From assembly GCA_963742935.1 (NCBI GenBank), contig CAVUOI010000050.1, positions 58,710 through 122,709 on the forward strand: a stretch of 64,000 bases of DNA, in the 5' to 3' direction. Both the position numbers and the translations under genes were made by a program. Below, one piece after another: positions 32,856 to 42,642 of the stretch. Every line of letters begins with the position of its first letter. The first letter of the stretch is position 1. Under the pieces are notes generated by a model. That model was not told the origin of the DNA. It saw nothing but the letters and a program-made list of their open reading frames with translations, and ran no database searches. This DNA is from an uncultured Alphaproteobacteria bacterium (GTDB taxonomy: Bacteria; Pseudomonadota; Alphaproteobacteria; Rhizobiales; Xanthobacteraceae).

Positions 32856-34664
32856 ATGTGGGAACTTGCAGTACCCGTCGCTATTGGCGTCATTGTCGTT
32901 CTTGTTATTGGACTTCTGCTTGCAAAACTCTATCGCCGCTCGACCCGTGACGAAGCCTATGTCCGCACCGGCCTCGGCGGCCAGAAGGTCGTCCTCGACG
33001 GCGGCTCGCTCGTGCTTCCGGTTTTTCACTCGACGGCTGCGGTCAACCTGAAGACGCTGCGGCTGGAGGTCGCGCGCGGCGGCCCGGACTCGCTGATCAC
33101 CAAGGATCGTATGCGCGTCGACATCGGCGCCGAATTCTACGTCCGCGTCAAACCTGACGCGTCTTCGATCGCGCTGGCCGCGCAGACGCTGGGCAGCCGC
33201 ACCAATGAGGCGAGCGAACTGCGCGAGCTGATCGAAGCGAAATTCGTCGACGGTCTGCGCTCGGTCGCCGCCACCATGAACCTCGAAGAGTTGCAGGAGC
33301 AACGTGCGACCTTCGTCAAGTCGGTGCAGGACGCGGTCGGCGCCGACATCCAGAACAACGGCCTCGAGCTCGAATTGGTGTCGCTGACGAGGCTCGACCA
33401 GAGCGACATCAAGCATTTCAATCCGAGCAATTTCTTTGACGCCCACGGCCTGACGACCCTGACGAAGATCACCAGAGAGCGCGAACAGGAACGCAACCAG
33501 ATCGTCCGCACCACCGAGGTCAATATCGCCCAGCAGGATCTGGTGGCGCGGCAGACCACGCTGACCATCGAGAGTACCAAGCGCGAAGCCGAACTGGCGC
33601 AGCAGCGCGACATCGCCAACATGACGGCCGCGATGCGCGCGGAGGCGGCGAAGGTCGAACAGACGGCGTTTCAGAACGAAGCCGAATACCAGATTCAGCA
33701 GGAACTGGCGGTCGCCAACAAGCAGACCGAAGCCAACCAGGCCCGCGACACCCGCAAGATCGAAGCCGACCTGGCCGTCAAACGCCGCACTACCGAAGTC
33801 GAGCGCGAACTCCAGATCGTCGCGCAGGAAGCCGCGATCATCGTCGCCACCAAGAGCACGGAGCAATCCGATGCACAGACCATCGCCGAGACCGCGCGGG
33901 CGCTCGCCATCTCGGCCGAGGAAAAGGTCACCACCGCACGCGCCACCGAAATCGCCGAGCGCGACAAGGTCATCAACGTGATCGCGGCGCGAAAAGCCGC
34001 CGAGACCAACGCCATGCCGATCACGGTGATGGCGGAAGCCGAAAAGCAGGCCGCCGCCAACAAGGCGGAAGCCATCAGCGTGCTGGCCAAGGCCGACGCC
34101 GCCGCAGCGATCACCCGGGCCACCGGCGTCAAATCGCTCGGCCAGGCCGAAGCTGAAGTGGCGGCACTGAAGGCGGAAGCGCGCAACAAGCTCTCCCAGG
34201 AGATGGTCGACTACGATCTCACGCTGGCGCGCATCAACATCATCCCGAACGCACTGGCCGAAGCGGTCAAGCCGATCGAGAAGATTTCGGACATCCGGAT
34301 CTTCGACACCGGCGGCATGCTCGGTCGCGGCGGCGGCAACGGCGCGATGAACGGCCATGGCAACGGCATCGGCCTCGGCGACGGCCTCGCCGCGCAATTG
34401 CTGTCGGTCTCGGCGTTCAAGCCGATCATCGACAAGATTTTGGCCGAAGCCGGGTTCGCAGCCGGCCCTGACGCGCTGACGACCCTGACCAACGCGCTGG
34501 CCGCACAGCAACTGGCCGCTCCCGCCGAACCGCCTGAGGTGGACGATGCAGATGATGTCGTGACGCCGCCCGCGACGATCTCGGGAACGGGCAAGGCGAC
34601 GCTCGGCCCGAAGACCTTAAATCGAAGCGGCGGGCTTGATCCGCCGTTCGAATCGGACTTGTAA
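32856..34664 (+). CDS. Flotillin/SPFH family protein (YqiK-like)
   Basis: N-terminal TM, AYVRTGLGGQKVV.DGG, LITKDRMRVD..AEFYVRV, LAAQTLG, NFFDAHGLT, AEA repeats, KPIEKISDIRI. Confidence 0.92.
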   Translation: MWELAVPVAIGVIVVLVIGLLLAKLYRRSTRDEAYVRTGLGGQKVVLDGGSLVLPVFHSTAAVNLKTLRLEVARGGPDSLITKDRMRVDIGAEFYVRVKPDASSIALAAQTLGSRTNEASELRELIEAKFVDGLRSVAATMNLEELQEQRATFVKSVQDAVGADIQNNGLELELVSLTRLDQSDIKHFNPSNFFDAHGLTTLTKITREREQERNQIVRTTEVNIAQQDLVARQTTLTIESTKREAELAQQRDIANMTAAMRAEAAKVEQTAFQNEAEYQIQQELAVANKQTEANQARDTRKIEADLAVKRRTTEVERELQIVAQEAAIIVATKSTEQSDAQTIAETARALAISAEEKVTTARATEIAERDKVINVIAARKAAETNAMPITVMAEAEKQAAANKAEAISVLAKADAAAAITRATGVKSLGQAEAEVAALKAEARNKLSQEMVDYDLTLARINIIPNALAEAVKPIEKISDIRIFDTGGMLGRGGGNGAMNGHGNGIGLGDGLAAQLLSVSAFKPIIDKILAEAGFAAGPDALTTLTNALAAQQLAAPAEPPEVDDADDVVTPPATISGTGKATLGPKTLNRSGGLDPPFESDL

Positions 34665-34698
34665 AAGGCCCGCTGCCATTCGCGCAGTGGGCCTTTTT
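34663..34698 (+). terminator. Rho-independent terminator of the pspA-yqiJ-flotillin operon
   Basis: AAAAGGCCCGCTGC-cattcgc-GCAGTGGGCCTTTTT. Confidence 0.8.
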
Positions 34699-34798
34699 CT
34701 TGATGCAGTCCTTGTCGGGAAACGGGTGGGTTCGATCGTCGTCAAATCAGAAATGAGGACGGAATCGACTTCAGCGAATCCCGCCAAGGAATTTCGCC

Positions 34799-36044
34799 AT
34801 GTCCGCCGCCGCCGCACCTCGCCTGCCCGCTACCTTCAACCGCCTGGCATGGTCCAACCTCGCCGCGCAATCGGCCGAGCAGATCGCGCTGGCGGCTGCC
34901 CCCATCGTTGCCGTGCTGCTGCTCGGTGTCGGCGAAGGTCAGACCGGCCTGCTGCAAACCGCGCTGACGCTGCCGTTCATCCTGTTTGCGATTCCCGCTG
35001 GTCTCCTCGCCGACCGCATCTCGCGGCGCCGGCTGATGGCGGGCTCCGAGGCGTTGCGCGCCATGGCGCTCGCCGGAATTCTGCTGCTGATCTGGTTCGG
35101 CCAGATGACGCTGCCTTTGCTTTCGCTACTCGGCTTCATCGCGGTGTGCGGAACGGTGGCCTACAGCGTCGCCGCGCCCGCGCTGGTGCCGTCGCTGGTA
35201 ACATCGCAACAATTGCCCGCGGCCAATGCGCGGATTGAACTGGCGCGCACGATCGCGTTCGCCAGCGGTCCCGCGCTCGGCGGCGTATTGGTCGGATGGG
35301 TCGGCGCGGCGCCCGCCTTTCGGATTTGCCGCCGCATTGTCCGTGATTGCCGTCGTCCTTCTGTCGGGCCTCCATGAACCGGCGCGCGCGCCTGCGCCGC
35401 GCCGCCATCCGCTGCAGGAGATCAAGGAAGGCGCCACGTTCGTGCTGCATCATCCGTTGCTGCGGCCGGTGTTCATCACGCAATTCATCTTCAACACGGC
35501 GTCGTTCCTGCTGCTTGCGGTGTTCGTGCCCTACGCCGTGCGCCATCTCGGACTGTCGGCGACCGGCGTCGGCGTCACGCTCGGAATGTATGGCGTCGGC
35601 ATGGTGGTCGGCGCGCTCGCGGCGACGCGGGTGATGCAGCGGCTGGCCTTCGGCACCGTGATCGGGCTCGGTCCTGTCACCGGCTTCGTCGCCGCCCTCG
35701 TGATGGCGCTGACCACCGTCGCGCCGTCGCCCTGGCTCGCGGCCCTGAGCTTCTTCCTGCTCGGCGTCGGCCCGATCCTGTGGGTGATCTCGACCACCAC
35801 GCTGCGGCAATCGGTGACGCCGCCGTCGCTGCTCGGACGCGTCTCTGCCATCAACATCATGAGTTACGGCGCCCGTCCGCTCGGCTCGGCGCTCGGCGCC
35901 ATCGTCGGCGGGCTCTATGGCGCGGAAGCCTGCCTCTATCTGGCGGCCGCCATCTTCGGCGTGCAGGCGCTGGTGATCTGGATCTCGCCCGCCGTCGCGC
36001 TGGCGCGGCAGCCGGAGATGGTGGGCGAGCCGGCGGGATGTTAG
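34799..36044 (+). CDS. MFS transporter (apparent frameshift ~35318)
   Basis: AGLLADRISRRRLM motif A, AANARIE...GPALGG, second half LLGRVSAI in another frame. Confidence 0.85.
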
Positions 36045-36048
36045 CCCG

Positions 36049-36108
36049 AAGCAATCCATTCTTACCCTCCGCAGCCCGATGGGTTGCTTCGCTTTGCTCG
36101 CAATGACG
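36049..36108. repeat. Partial CGTC-type REP (GTCATTGCGAGC/GAAGCAATCC family)
   Basis: GAAGCAATCC...GGGTTGCTTCGCTTTGCTCGCAATGACG. Confidence 0.6.
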
Positions 36109-36172
36109 CGATGAACGCGGATTTTCTTCCAAAGTCCAAAACGTCAGCCAAATGTTGCTTCCTTGGTCCGCT

Positions 36173-36194
36173 TTATATGATATACATCATGTAA
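36173..36194. promoter_or_regulatory. AT-rich imperfect palindrome, candidate MarR-type operator
   Basis: TTATATGATATACATCATGTAA, 25 nt upstream of the efflux gene ATG. Confidence 0.5.
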
Positions 36195-36218
36195 ATTAGA
36201 TGGACCAGGGAACCCGCC

Positions 36219-37430
36219 ATGACCGACCAGACCGCCGCGATTGAGGCTAGTCCCCCCGCGGCTTCTTCGACCGTCCTGCAGATCGCTGTTCTGGCCGGAC
36301 TTGCGGCAACCGGCACGCTCGCCACCAACATCCTGCTACCGTCGCTACCGCAGATAGCGGTGTCGCTGAAGGTATCGAGCGCGGCGGTCACTTCGGCCAT
36401 CACCATCTTCCTGGCGGTGTTCGCCGTAGGCCAGCTCGTGGTCGGGCCGATCTCGGACCGCTACGGCCGCCGCTGGCCGGTGCTGGCAGGCTTTGCGGTT
36501 TTCTTCGCCGGCAGCATCTGGTGCGCCCTCGCCAGTGACCTGCCGAGTCTGCTGATCGGCCGCGTGATCCAGGCGGCCGGAGCGTGCGCTACCTCGGTAC
36601 TGTCCCGCGCGATCGCCCGCGACATGTTCTCGGGCGCGGCGCTGGCGCGCGCAATGGCGCTGATCATGATCGCAATGGCGGCCGCACCCGGTTTCTCCCC
36701 ATTACTCGGCGGCGCGCTCGATCATTATTTTGGCTGGCGCTCCGAATTCGTGCTGGTCGCAGCCTTCGCTGCGCTCGGCGCCCTCGCCTACGGCACCGTG
36801 CTTGGCGAAACCCACCATGCAACGCGGACTCCGCTCGATCCCCTCGCCATCGCCAAAAACTATCTCGGCCTGATCGTCGACCGCCGCTTCGTCGTGCCGG
36901 CCGCGACCGTGAGCCTGATCATGGGCGGGCTGTTCTCGATCTTCTCGTCCGCGCCGCGCATATTGATCGAGGCGATGCAGTTCACGCCGATTCAACTGGG
37001 TCTGTTCTTCGCCGGCACCGTGCTGATCGTGTTCGCCGCCGGCATGCTAGCGACAAAACTAGCACCGCGCTACGGGCTCGATCGCTCAATCCGGGGCGGA
37101 CTGTTCGCGGCCGCAACCGGCAGCATCGCGATGTTGCTGGTCTCGCTGTACAGCCCGTCTTTCCTGCCGTTCCTCGCAGCGATGAGCGTATTCCTGCTCG
37201 GCATGGGCATCGTCAATCCGCTCGGCACGGCGCAGGCGCTCTCCCCGTTCGGCGACAAAGCCGGCGCGGCATCCGCGCTGGTCGGCTTCTGGCAGATGAT
37301 GACAGCCGCGATCGGCGTCTGGCTTGCCGCCACGATCTCGCATGAAGCGCTGTCCGCGCTCGGCGTGGTGCTGACGGTGTTCTCGCTCGTCGCGGTGGGG
37401 CTCTACACGCTGCGGGCCAAAGCCCGCTAG
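36219..37430 (+). CDS. Bcr/CflA (DHA1) multidrug efflux MFS transporter
   Basis: ILLPSLPQIA, GQLVVGPISDRYGRR, GRVIQAAG, RAIARD, AGAASALVG. Confidence 0.9.
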   Translation: MTDQTAAIEASPPAASSTVLQIAVLAGLAATGTLATNILLPSLPQIAVSLKVSSAAVTSAITIFLAVFAVGQLVVGPISDRYGRRWPVLAGFAVFFAGSIWCALASDLPSLLIGRVIQAAGACATSVLSRAIARDMFSGAALARAMALIMIAMAAAPGFSPLLGGALDHYFGWRSEFVLVAAFAALGALAYGTVLGETHHATRTPLDPLAIAKNYLGLIVDRRFVVPAATVSLIMGGLFSIFSSAPRILIEAMQFTPIQLGLFFAGTVLIVFAAGMLATKLAPRYGLDRSIRGGLFAAATGSIAMLLVSLYSPSFLPFLAAMSVFLLGMGIVNPLGTAQALSPFGDKAGAASALVGFWQMMTAAIGVWLAATISHEALSALGVVLTVFSLVAVGLYTLRAKAR

Positions 37431-37488
37431 GAGCCTCACTTCACCCCGCCCCTGGAGGGGGCGGGTGAAGAAAACAACCGGCGCTTCG

Positions 37489-38745
37489 TCAGCCCGCCAG
37501 ATACCGCTCGTACTTCCCCGCCACGACTTCGTCCGCGGCGATGTCCGGATCGAGCGTGTAGAGATCCTGCGCGCGGCCGATGCCGCGCAGCGCGAAGCGG
37601 CCGGTGGAGACGAGATAGTTCCGCCCCGTCGCGTCGAGGCCGGCGCGGAACGCCGAGGACATCAGCAACTCCCGGTCGACCGAGCGGCACATCGAGGCGA
37701 TGCGGCTGACCTCGTTGACCGCCGGCCCCACCACCGTGAAGTCGAGCCGCTCGTCGCTGCCGATATTGCCGTAGAAGACTTCGCCGACATGCAGGCCGAC
37801 ATGGGCTGTCGTCACCGGGCGGCCTTCGGCGACGCGGCGGGCAGTGAGCGTCTTCATGTTGCGGCGGAAACGATGCTCGGCGCGCAGCGCGGCGCGTTTT
37901 GCCACCGCGAGGTTCTCATGCGTAAACATCGCGAGCACGCCGTCGCCGATCAGCTTCAGCACCTCGCCGCCGGCGTCATGGATAGCGTCGATCGAGGCCT
38001 GCGCGTAATCGTTGAGGAACGGGATGATCTCGCCGGGATCGATGCTCTCGCTGATCGCGGTCGAGCCGCGCAGGTCGGAGAACCACAGCACGGTGTTGAT
38101 GCGTTCGGTGACGCCGCGCGAAATCTTTCCGCGCAGCACCTGCTCGGCGGCATCGCGCCCGAGATACACCCGGCCTAGCGTCTTGGCGATGTCGGCCTGC
38201 GCCGCCGTCTTGATCGCCAGCCCCAGCACCGGCACGAGGTCGCGCAGCGCCGCCATCTCCTGTGCGCCAAAACCCTCGTCGCGCCGCGTCACCCAGTAGG
38301 AATAGACGCAGTCCATCTGCCCCATGGTGCCGGCCTCGCCGAAGCGATGCACATAGGCCACTACATGCTTGTGGCCCTTCTCGGCGAGGTCGCTCATGAA
38401 CTTGAAATCGGCCACGCCATCGGCGAGGTCGACCGGCAGCTCCTCGTGGCCGTTTTCGAGCATGTGATAGAAGATCGAACTGCGCCAGGCCTCCGCGGCT
38501 TCGCCCTCGTTGGTCGAGCCGTATTCGAAGACGTCGCTTTCGTTGGTCTCGGCATCGTTCCAGCGAAAGCCACGGCCCTCGAAGATCGGGTGCAGCGTGT
38601 CGATGAAGACCATGCCGCGCGACACGGGAAGGCCTTCGGCGCAACAGCGTTCGCAGAAACCGCGGATCAGGTCGTTCTCGGGCAGGCCGGTGAGGCCCTG
38701 GCTGACCAGCCAGTTCATCAGGCGCAGACGGGGCGTGAGTTCCAT
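37489..38745 (-). CDS. Class III adenylate/guanylate cyclase with N-terminal GAF-like region
   Basis: WFSDLRGST, GGEVLKLIGDGVLAMF, LHVGEVFYGNIGS..RLDFTVVGPAVNEVSRI. Confidence 0.9.
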   Translation of the reverse strand: MELTPRLRLMNWLVSQGLTGLPENDLIRGFCERCCAEGLPVSRGMVFIDTLHPIFEGRGFRWNDAETNESDVFEYGSTNEGEAAEAWRSSIFYHMLENGHEELPVDLADGVADFKFMSDLAEKGHKHVVAYVHRFGEAGTMGQMDCVYSYWVTRRDEGFGAQEMAALRDLVPVLGLAIKTAAQADIAKTLGRVYLGRDAAEQVLRGKISRGVTERINTVLWFSDLRGSTAISESIDPGEIIPFLNDYAQASIDAIHDAGGEVLKLIGDGVLAMFTHENLAVAKRAALRAEHRFRRNMKTLTARRVAEGRPVTTAHVGLHVGEVFYGNIGSDERLDFTVVGPAVNEVSRIASMCRSVDRELLMSSAFRAGLDATGRNYLVSTGRFALRGIGRAQDLYTLDPDIAADEVVAGKYERYLAG

Positions 38746-38789
38746 GCCGCGATTATGCCGCGCAATCGCGACGAGTAAAAGCCTCGCCC

Positions 38790-39197
38790 TCAGTCCTTCG
38801 CGCGCGTGATCGCCTCGCCGTCCTCCTTGATGAAGGATTGGACGGGGTCGTCGAGCAGATCGAGAACCAGTTCCGACGGCCGGCACAGCCGGACACCCTT
38901 GCGTGTCACCACGATGGGCCGGTTGATCAGGATCGGATGCGCGAGCATGAAGCCGATCAGTTCGTCGTCGCTCCATTTGGGATCGGCAAGGCCAAGCTCG
39001 GCGTAAGGCGTGCCCTTTTCGCGCAGCAACGCGCGCGGCGAAATGCCGAGCGCCGCGATCAGTTCAACCAGCCGAGCGCGGTTCGGCGGCGTCTTCAGAT
39101 ATTCGATCACCTCGGGCGCCTCGCCGCTTTGCCGGATCATGGCGAGCGTGTTGCGCGAGGTGCCGCAGGCGGGGTTATGATAGATCGTGACGGTCAT
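38790..39197 (-). CDS. arsC: Glutaredoxin-dependent arsenate reductase
   Basis: IYHNPACGTSRNTL, HPILINRPIVV, LCRPSE. Confidence 0.93.
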   Translation of the reverse strand: MTVTIYHNPACGTSRNTLAMIRQSGEAPEVIEYLKTPPNRARLVELIAALGISPRALLREKGTPYAELGLADPKWSDDELIGFMLAHPILINRPIVVTRKGVRLCRPSELVLDLLDDPVQSFIKEDGEAITRAKD

Positions 39198-39351
39198 CCG
39201 CAAGCCTTCATTTGCGGCCGATTGATGCACGGTGGCCGCCCGTTTTCCGATGTTGACGCCCCTTGTGGGACGGTAGCAAATGTCATGCAAATGATAAAAA
39301 CGGATTTGAGAGCGGATGACGCCGGCACGAGATCAGAATGACGAATAGGCC

Positions 39352-40512
39352 ATGAGGGGCCCGCTTCCGATCATCGTCGCGCTCGGCACGACGCAGACTC
39401 TGGCCTGGGCTTCCAGCATGTATCTGCCGGCCATTCTGGCCGACCCGATCGCACGCGATCTCGGGGTTTCCTCCAACTGGGTGTTCGGCGCGTTTTCGGC
39501 TGCGCTCGTGCTCTCCGCCCTGCTCGGACCGCGCATCGGCCGACAGATCGATCTCGTCGGCGGAAGGTCCGTGCTGTCGATGTCCAATCTGGTGCTGGCG
39601 GCGGGTCTCGTGCTGCTCGGCTTTACTACGTCGATCCCCCTGCTGGTCGCGGCCTGGCTGCTGCTTGGCGTCGGCATGGGCGCGGGCCTTTACGACGCCG
39701 CCTTCGCCGCGCTCGGGCGCATCTATGGCGACGCGGCGCGCCGCTCGATTACCGGCATCACCCTGATTGCGGGCTTTGCCTCGACGGTCGGATGGCCGCT
39801 GTCGGCATGGGGGCTGGAGACCATCGGCTGGCGCAACACCTGCTTTGCCTGGGCAGCGACACATATTCTGATCGGCCTGCCGATCAACCTCCTGATGCTG
39901 CCGGCGGTGAAGGGCGTGAAGGCAACGGTCGCGGCGGCCGTCAAGCCGCATATCCCGCTCGACCGCACCATGATCGTGCTCGCCTTCGTGTTCGCCGCCG
40001 CATGGACCGTCACCGGCGCGATGGCCGCGCACCTGCCGCGCCTCATGGAGGCAGCCGGCGCGACCAGCACGCAGGCGGTGTTCGCCGGCGCGCTGATCGG
40101 CCCGGCCCAGGTGGCCGCCCGGATCTTCGAGGCCAGCTTTCTCAGCCGTTACCATCCGCTGGTCTCGACCCGGCTCGCCTGCATCACGCATCCGATCGGG
40201 GCTGTGATTCTGGGGCTGGCCGGGGGCGGCGCGGCCAGCGTATTCGCGCTGTTCCACGGCGCCGGCAACGGCATCCTGACGATTGCGCGCGGCACGCTGC
40301 CGCTCGCGATTTTCGGCCCGGAGAATTACGGCTATCGCCTCGGTATCATCGGCGCGCCGGCCCGGATGGCGCAGGCCGCGGCTCCCCTGCTGTTCGGGCT
40401 GCTGATCGAGGCCATGGGCGCCCGGGTCCTGATCGTCTCGTCCGCGCTCAGCGTCGCCGCTCTACTCGCGCTGTTCCTGCTGCGCGAGACACCGGCACAG
40501 CCGACAGAGTAG
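39352..40512 (+). CDS. MFS transporter, ArsK-like (candidate arsenical efflux)
   Basis: LGTTQTLAWASS.YLPA, LYDAAFA, ITLIAGFASTVGWP, IARGTLPL..FG..YG; divergent from arsC. Confidence 0.75.
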   Translation: MRGPLPIIVALGTTQTLAWASSMYLPAILADPIARDLGVSSNWVFGAFSAALVLSALLGPRIGRQIDLVGGRSVLSMSNLVLAAGLVLLGFTTSIPLLVAAWLLLGVGMGAGLYDAAFAALGRIYGDAARRSITGITLIAGFASTVGWPLSAWGLETIGWRNTCFAWAATHILIGLPINLLMLPAVKGVKATVAAAVKPHIPLDRTMIVLAFVFAAAWTVTGAMAAHLPRLMEAAGATSTQAVFAGALIGPAQVAARIFEASFLSRYHPLVSTRLACITHPIGAVILGLAGGGAASVFALFHGAGNGILTIARGTLPLAIFGPENYGYRLGIIGAPARMAQAAAPLLFGLLIEAMGARVLIVSSALSVAALLALFLLRETPAQPTE

Positions 40513-40777
40513 CTGTTGGGCCTCCGCCGTGGAGTGCTTATTTTTCCAAGACACGCGGTGGTAGTAATATGCAAAAATGACGGCGAGGGTTGCTTGGGGT
40601 GCGGGATGATAAAACCCGACTGCGCGATCCCGCGAAAGCCTGCAATTCTGGTGGGTTGCCGCGCGGCAGCATCATTATCGCATCAATCCCTTCCTAAATT
40701 TCAATAAATTGCCTCTCACCTGCATAGTCGATCGCTAAGAAGTTCTTGTCAGACAGCCTAAGTGGGACGGGTATTCA

Positions 40778-41080
40778 ATGGTACGGGCTCCAGCACGTTG
40801 GAGCCTCCAGGCTCTGGAATTGGCCATGAATGATGCGAACCGCCTACGCGAACTCGAAGCTGAATGCCGTCAGCGCGCCGTCGGCGAACCCGACAAGAAA
40901 TGGTACTGGCTGGCGCAGGCCGCCAAATATCAGGTGCAGGCAAACCAGAAACTAGCCTTTCAATCGGAAGAGTCCGGTGCACCCGACACGCCGGAAATCA
41001 AGCTGGTGCAATGGTCTCATGCGCGCGATGAGCGGCGCGTGATGGAGCCCCTCCCCGACGGACGCCGAACGTTCTGGTAG
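40778..41080 (+). CDS. Small hypothetical protein
   Basis: RLRELEAECRQRA...KWYWLAQAAKY; start may be at the internal Met. Confidence 0.5.
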   Translation: MVRAPARWSLQALELAMNDANRLRELEAECRQRAVGEPDKKWYWLAQAAKYQVQANQKLAFQSEESGAPDTPEIKLVQWSHARDERRVMEPLPDGRRTFW

Positions 41081-41086
41081 CCCGCA

Positions 41087-41187
41087 CTGGAGGCCCCGTT
41101 CCGATGGAATCGGAACGGGCCTCCAGATTCCTTTTTTGACGCATTTTCTGACGCGAACCGGTATCCACTTCGCTGGAAAACGCTCTA
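41087..41187. repeat. TAGAGC-ended intergenic repeat (Bru-RS/RIME-like); supplies the MFS stop codon
   Basis: GGAGGCCCCGTTCCGAT/ATCGGAACGGGCCTCC hairpin plus ACGCATTTTCTGACGCGAACCGGTATCCACTTCGCTGGAAAACGCTCTA; degenerate relatives at ~22745-22808, 56721-56860, 3551-3587. Confidence 0.7.
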
Positions 41188-42426
41188 ACTTCCCTGTTCC
41201 TCCGGCGGCTTGATGTGGCGGAACGAGAACAGCAGCGCGAGATCATAGGCGATCTTCAGCGTGCCGCAGACCACCAGCGGCAATCCCGCAAACGACGTCA
41301 TCAATAGCGCGCCGGATATCGCTGGACTGATCGCGGATGCAAGGCTGCGCGGCACAGCGGTGACGCTGGCGGCGGCCGGGCGTTCCGCCGGCGTCACCAC
41401 GGCCATGACGTAGGAGGTGCGGGTCGGCACGTCCATCTGCGACAGCGCCGAACGCAACAACAGCAGCCCGAGCGCCACATAGAGATTAGGCGCGAACGCC
41501 GCCAGGATCAGGAAGATGCTGGACGGGATATGCGTGAACACCATGGTGTTGACGAGGCCAATGCGCTTGGCGATCCAGGCCGCGACCGGATAGGAAAACG
41601 CGCTCAGCGTGCTCGACCAGAAGAAAAACAGCCCTGCCGCCGACAATGAAAGATCAAAACGCTCGAACAGCCAGAGCACCAGCATCGACTGGGCGACGAA
41701 ACCACCGGCAAAGGAATCGATGCTGAACAGCGCCGCGAGCTTGTAGACCGTGGCCCGCGACGGCCCGAGCGGGGTTTGCGGTGGCCTCTCTTCGCCCCGT
41801 GTATGTGGCACATAACGGTAGAGCATCGCGCACACGAGACCGAGCGCGGCATAGGCATAGAACATCAGGCGGAACGCGGCGAGTTGCGTGCTGCCGCCCG
41901 CCACCAGCCAATCGGGCAGCGACGCCGCCAGCGAGCCTGCCGCCGTGCAAAGCGCGCCGATCAGGCTGTAGCGTGCGAACACCTGCGTGCGGCGCTCGTC
42001 GGTCGCGCCATGCGCCAGCACCGCATGTTCGAGCGGCACCAGCAGGCCGAGATCGCCGCCGGACGGATTGATGGTGCCGACGAAGGCGACCAACGCGATC
42101 AGCACAACATGCTCGACGCCGGGAAAGGCGATGCCGGTCGCTGCCATCAGGCCCGCGCCCGCGATCAGCAGCGGCCGCAGGTCATGATGCGGCGCGATCC
42201 AGCCCGTGATCAAGGTGACCAGCGCGGTGCCAAGCAGCGAAGCCGTCGCGACGAAGCCGACCGCGACGGCGTCGTAACCCAGCGCGGTCATGTAGGCCGG
42301 CAGGATGATGATGGCAAAGCCGTCGCCAAAGCCGCGCAGGCCCCGCGCGACATAGAGTAGCCTGATCAACGCACTGGCGGTGGAGGGTTTCGGTTTAGTT
42401 GCAATATCGGTCCCGCTTGCATCCAT
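41185..42426 (-). CDS. MFS transporter
   Basis: ARGLRGFGDG, GTINPSGGD, LFSIDSFAGGF, GLVNTMVFTHIPS, SQMDVPTRTSYVMAVV. Confidence 0.88.
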   Translation of the reverse strand: MDASGTDIATKPKPSTASALIRLLYVARGLRGFGDGFAIIILPAYMTALGYDAVAVGFVATASLLGTALVTLITGWIAPHHDLRPLLIAGAGLMAATGIAFPGVEHVVLIALVAFVGTINPSGGDLGLLVPLEHAVLAHGATDERRTQVFARYSLIGALCTAAGSLAASLPDWLVAGGSTQLAAFRLMFYAYAALGLVCAMLYRYVPHTRGEERPPQTPLGPSRATVYKLAALFSIDSFAGGFVAQSMLVLWLFERFDLSLSAAGLFFFWSSTLSAFSYPVAAWIAKRIGLVNTMVFTHIPSSIFLILAAFAPNLYVALGLLLLRSALSQMDVPTRTSYVMAVVTPAERPAAASVTAVPRSLASAISPAISGALLMTSFAGLPLVVCGTLKIAYDLALLFSFRHIKPPEEQGS

Positions 42427-42548
42427 GCGCCATCCTCGACACGATCGAGAGTGCGCAGAGCTTGGACGGCGGACCGTCTGACGGGGAGCCTGCTTCGTCC
42501 CCGATGCGCGCAAGGTAGGACCAGAGCCAGCGCGGCGCAAGCACCCTC

Positions 42549-42633
42549 GTAGGATGGGCTGAGCGCAGCGAAACCCATCAATTGGCGCGACTGATGTGAG
42601 TTGATGGGTTTCCCTGCGCTCTACCCACCCTGC
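42549..42633. repeat. GTAG-type REP doublet
   Basis: GTAGGATGGGCTGAGCGCAGCGAAACCCATCA...TGATGGGTTTCCCTGCGCTCTACCCACCCTGC. Confidence 0.8.
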
Positions 42634-42642
42634 AGACCACGG

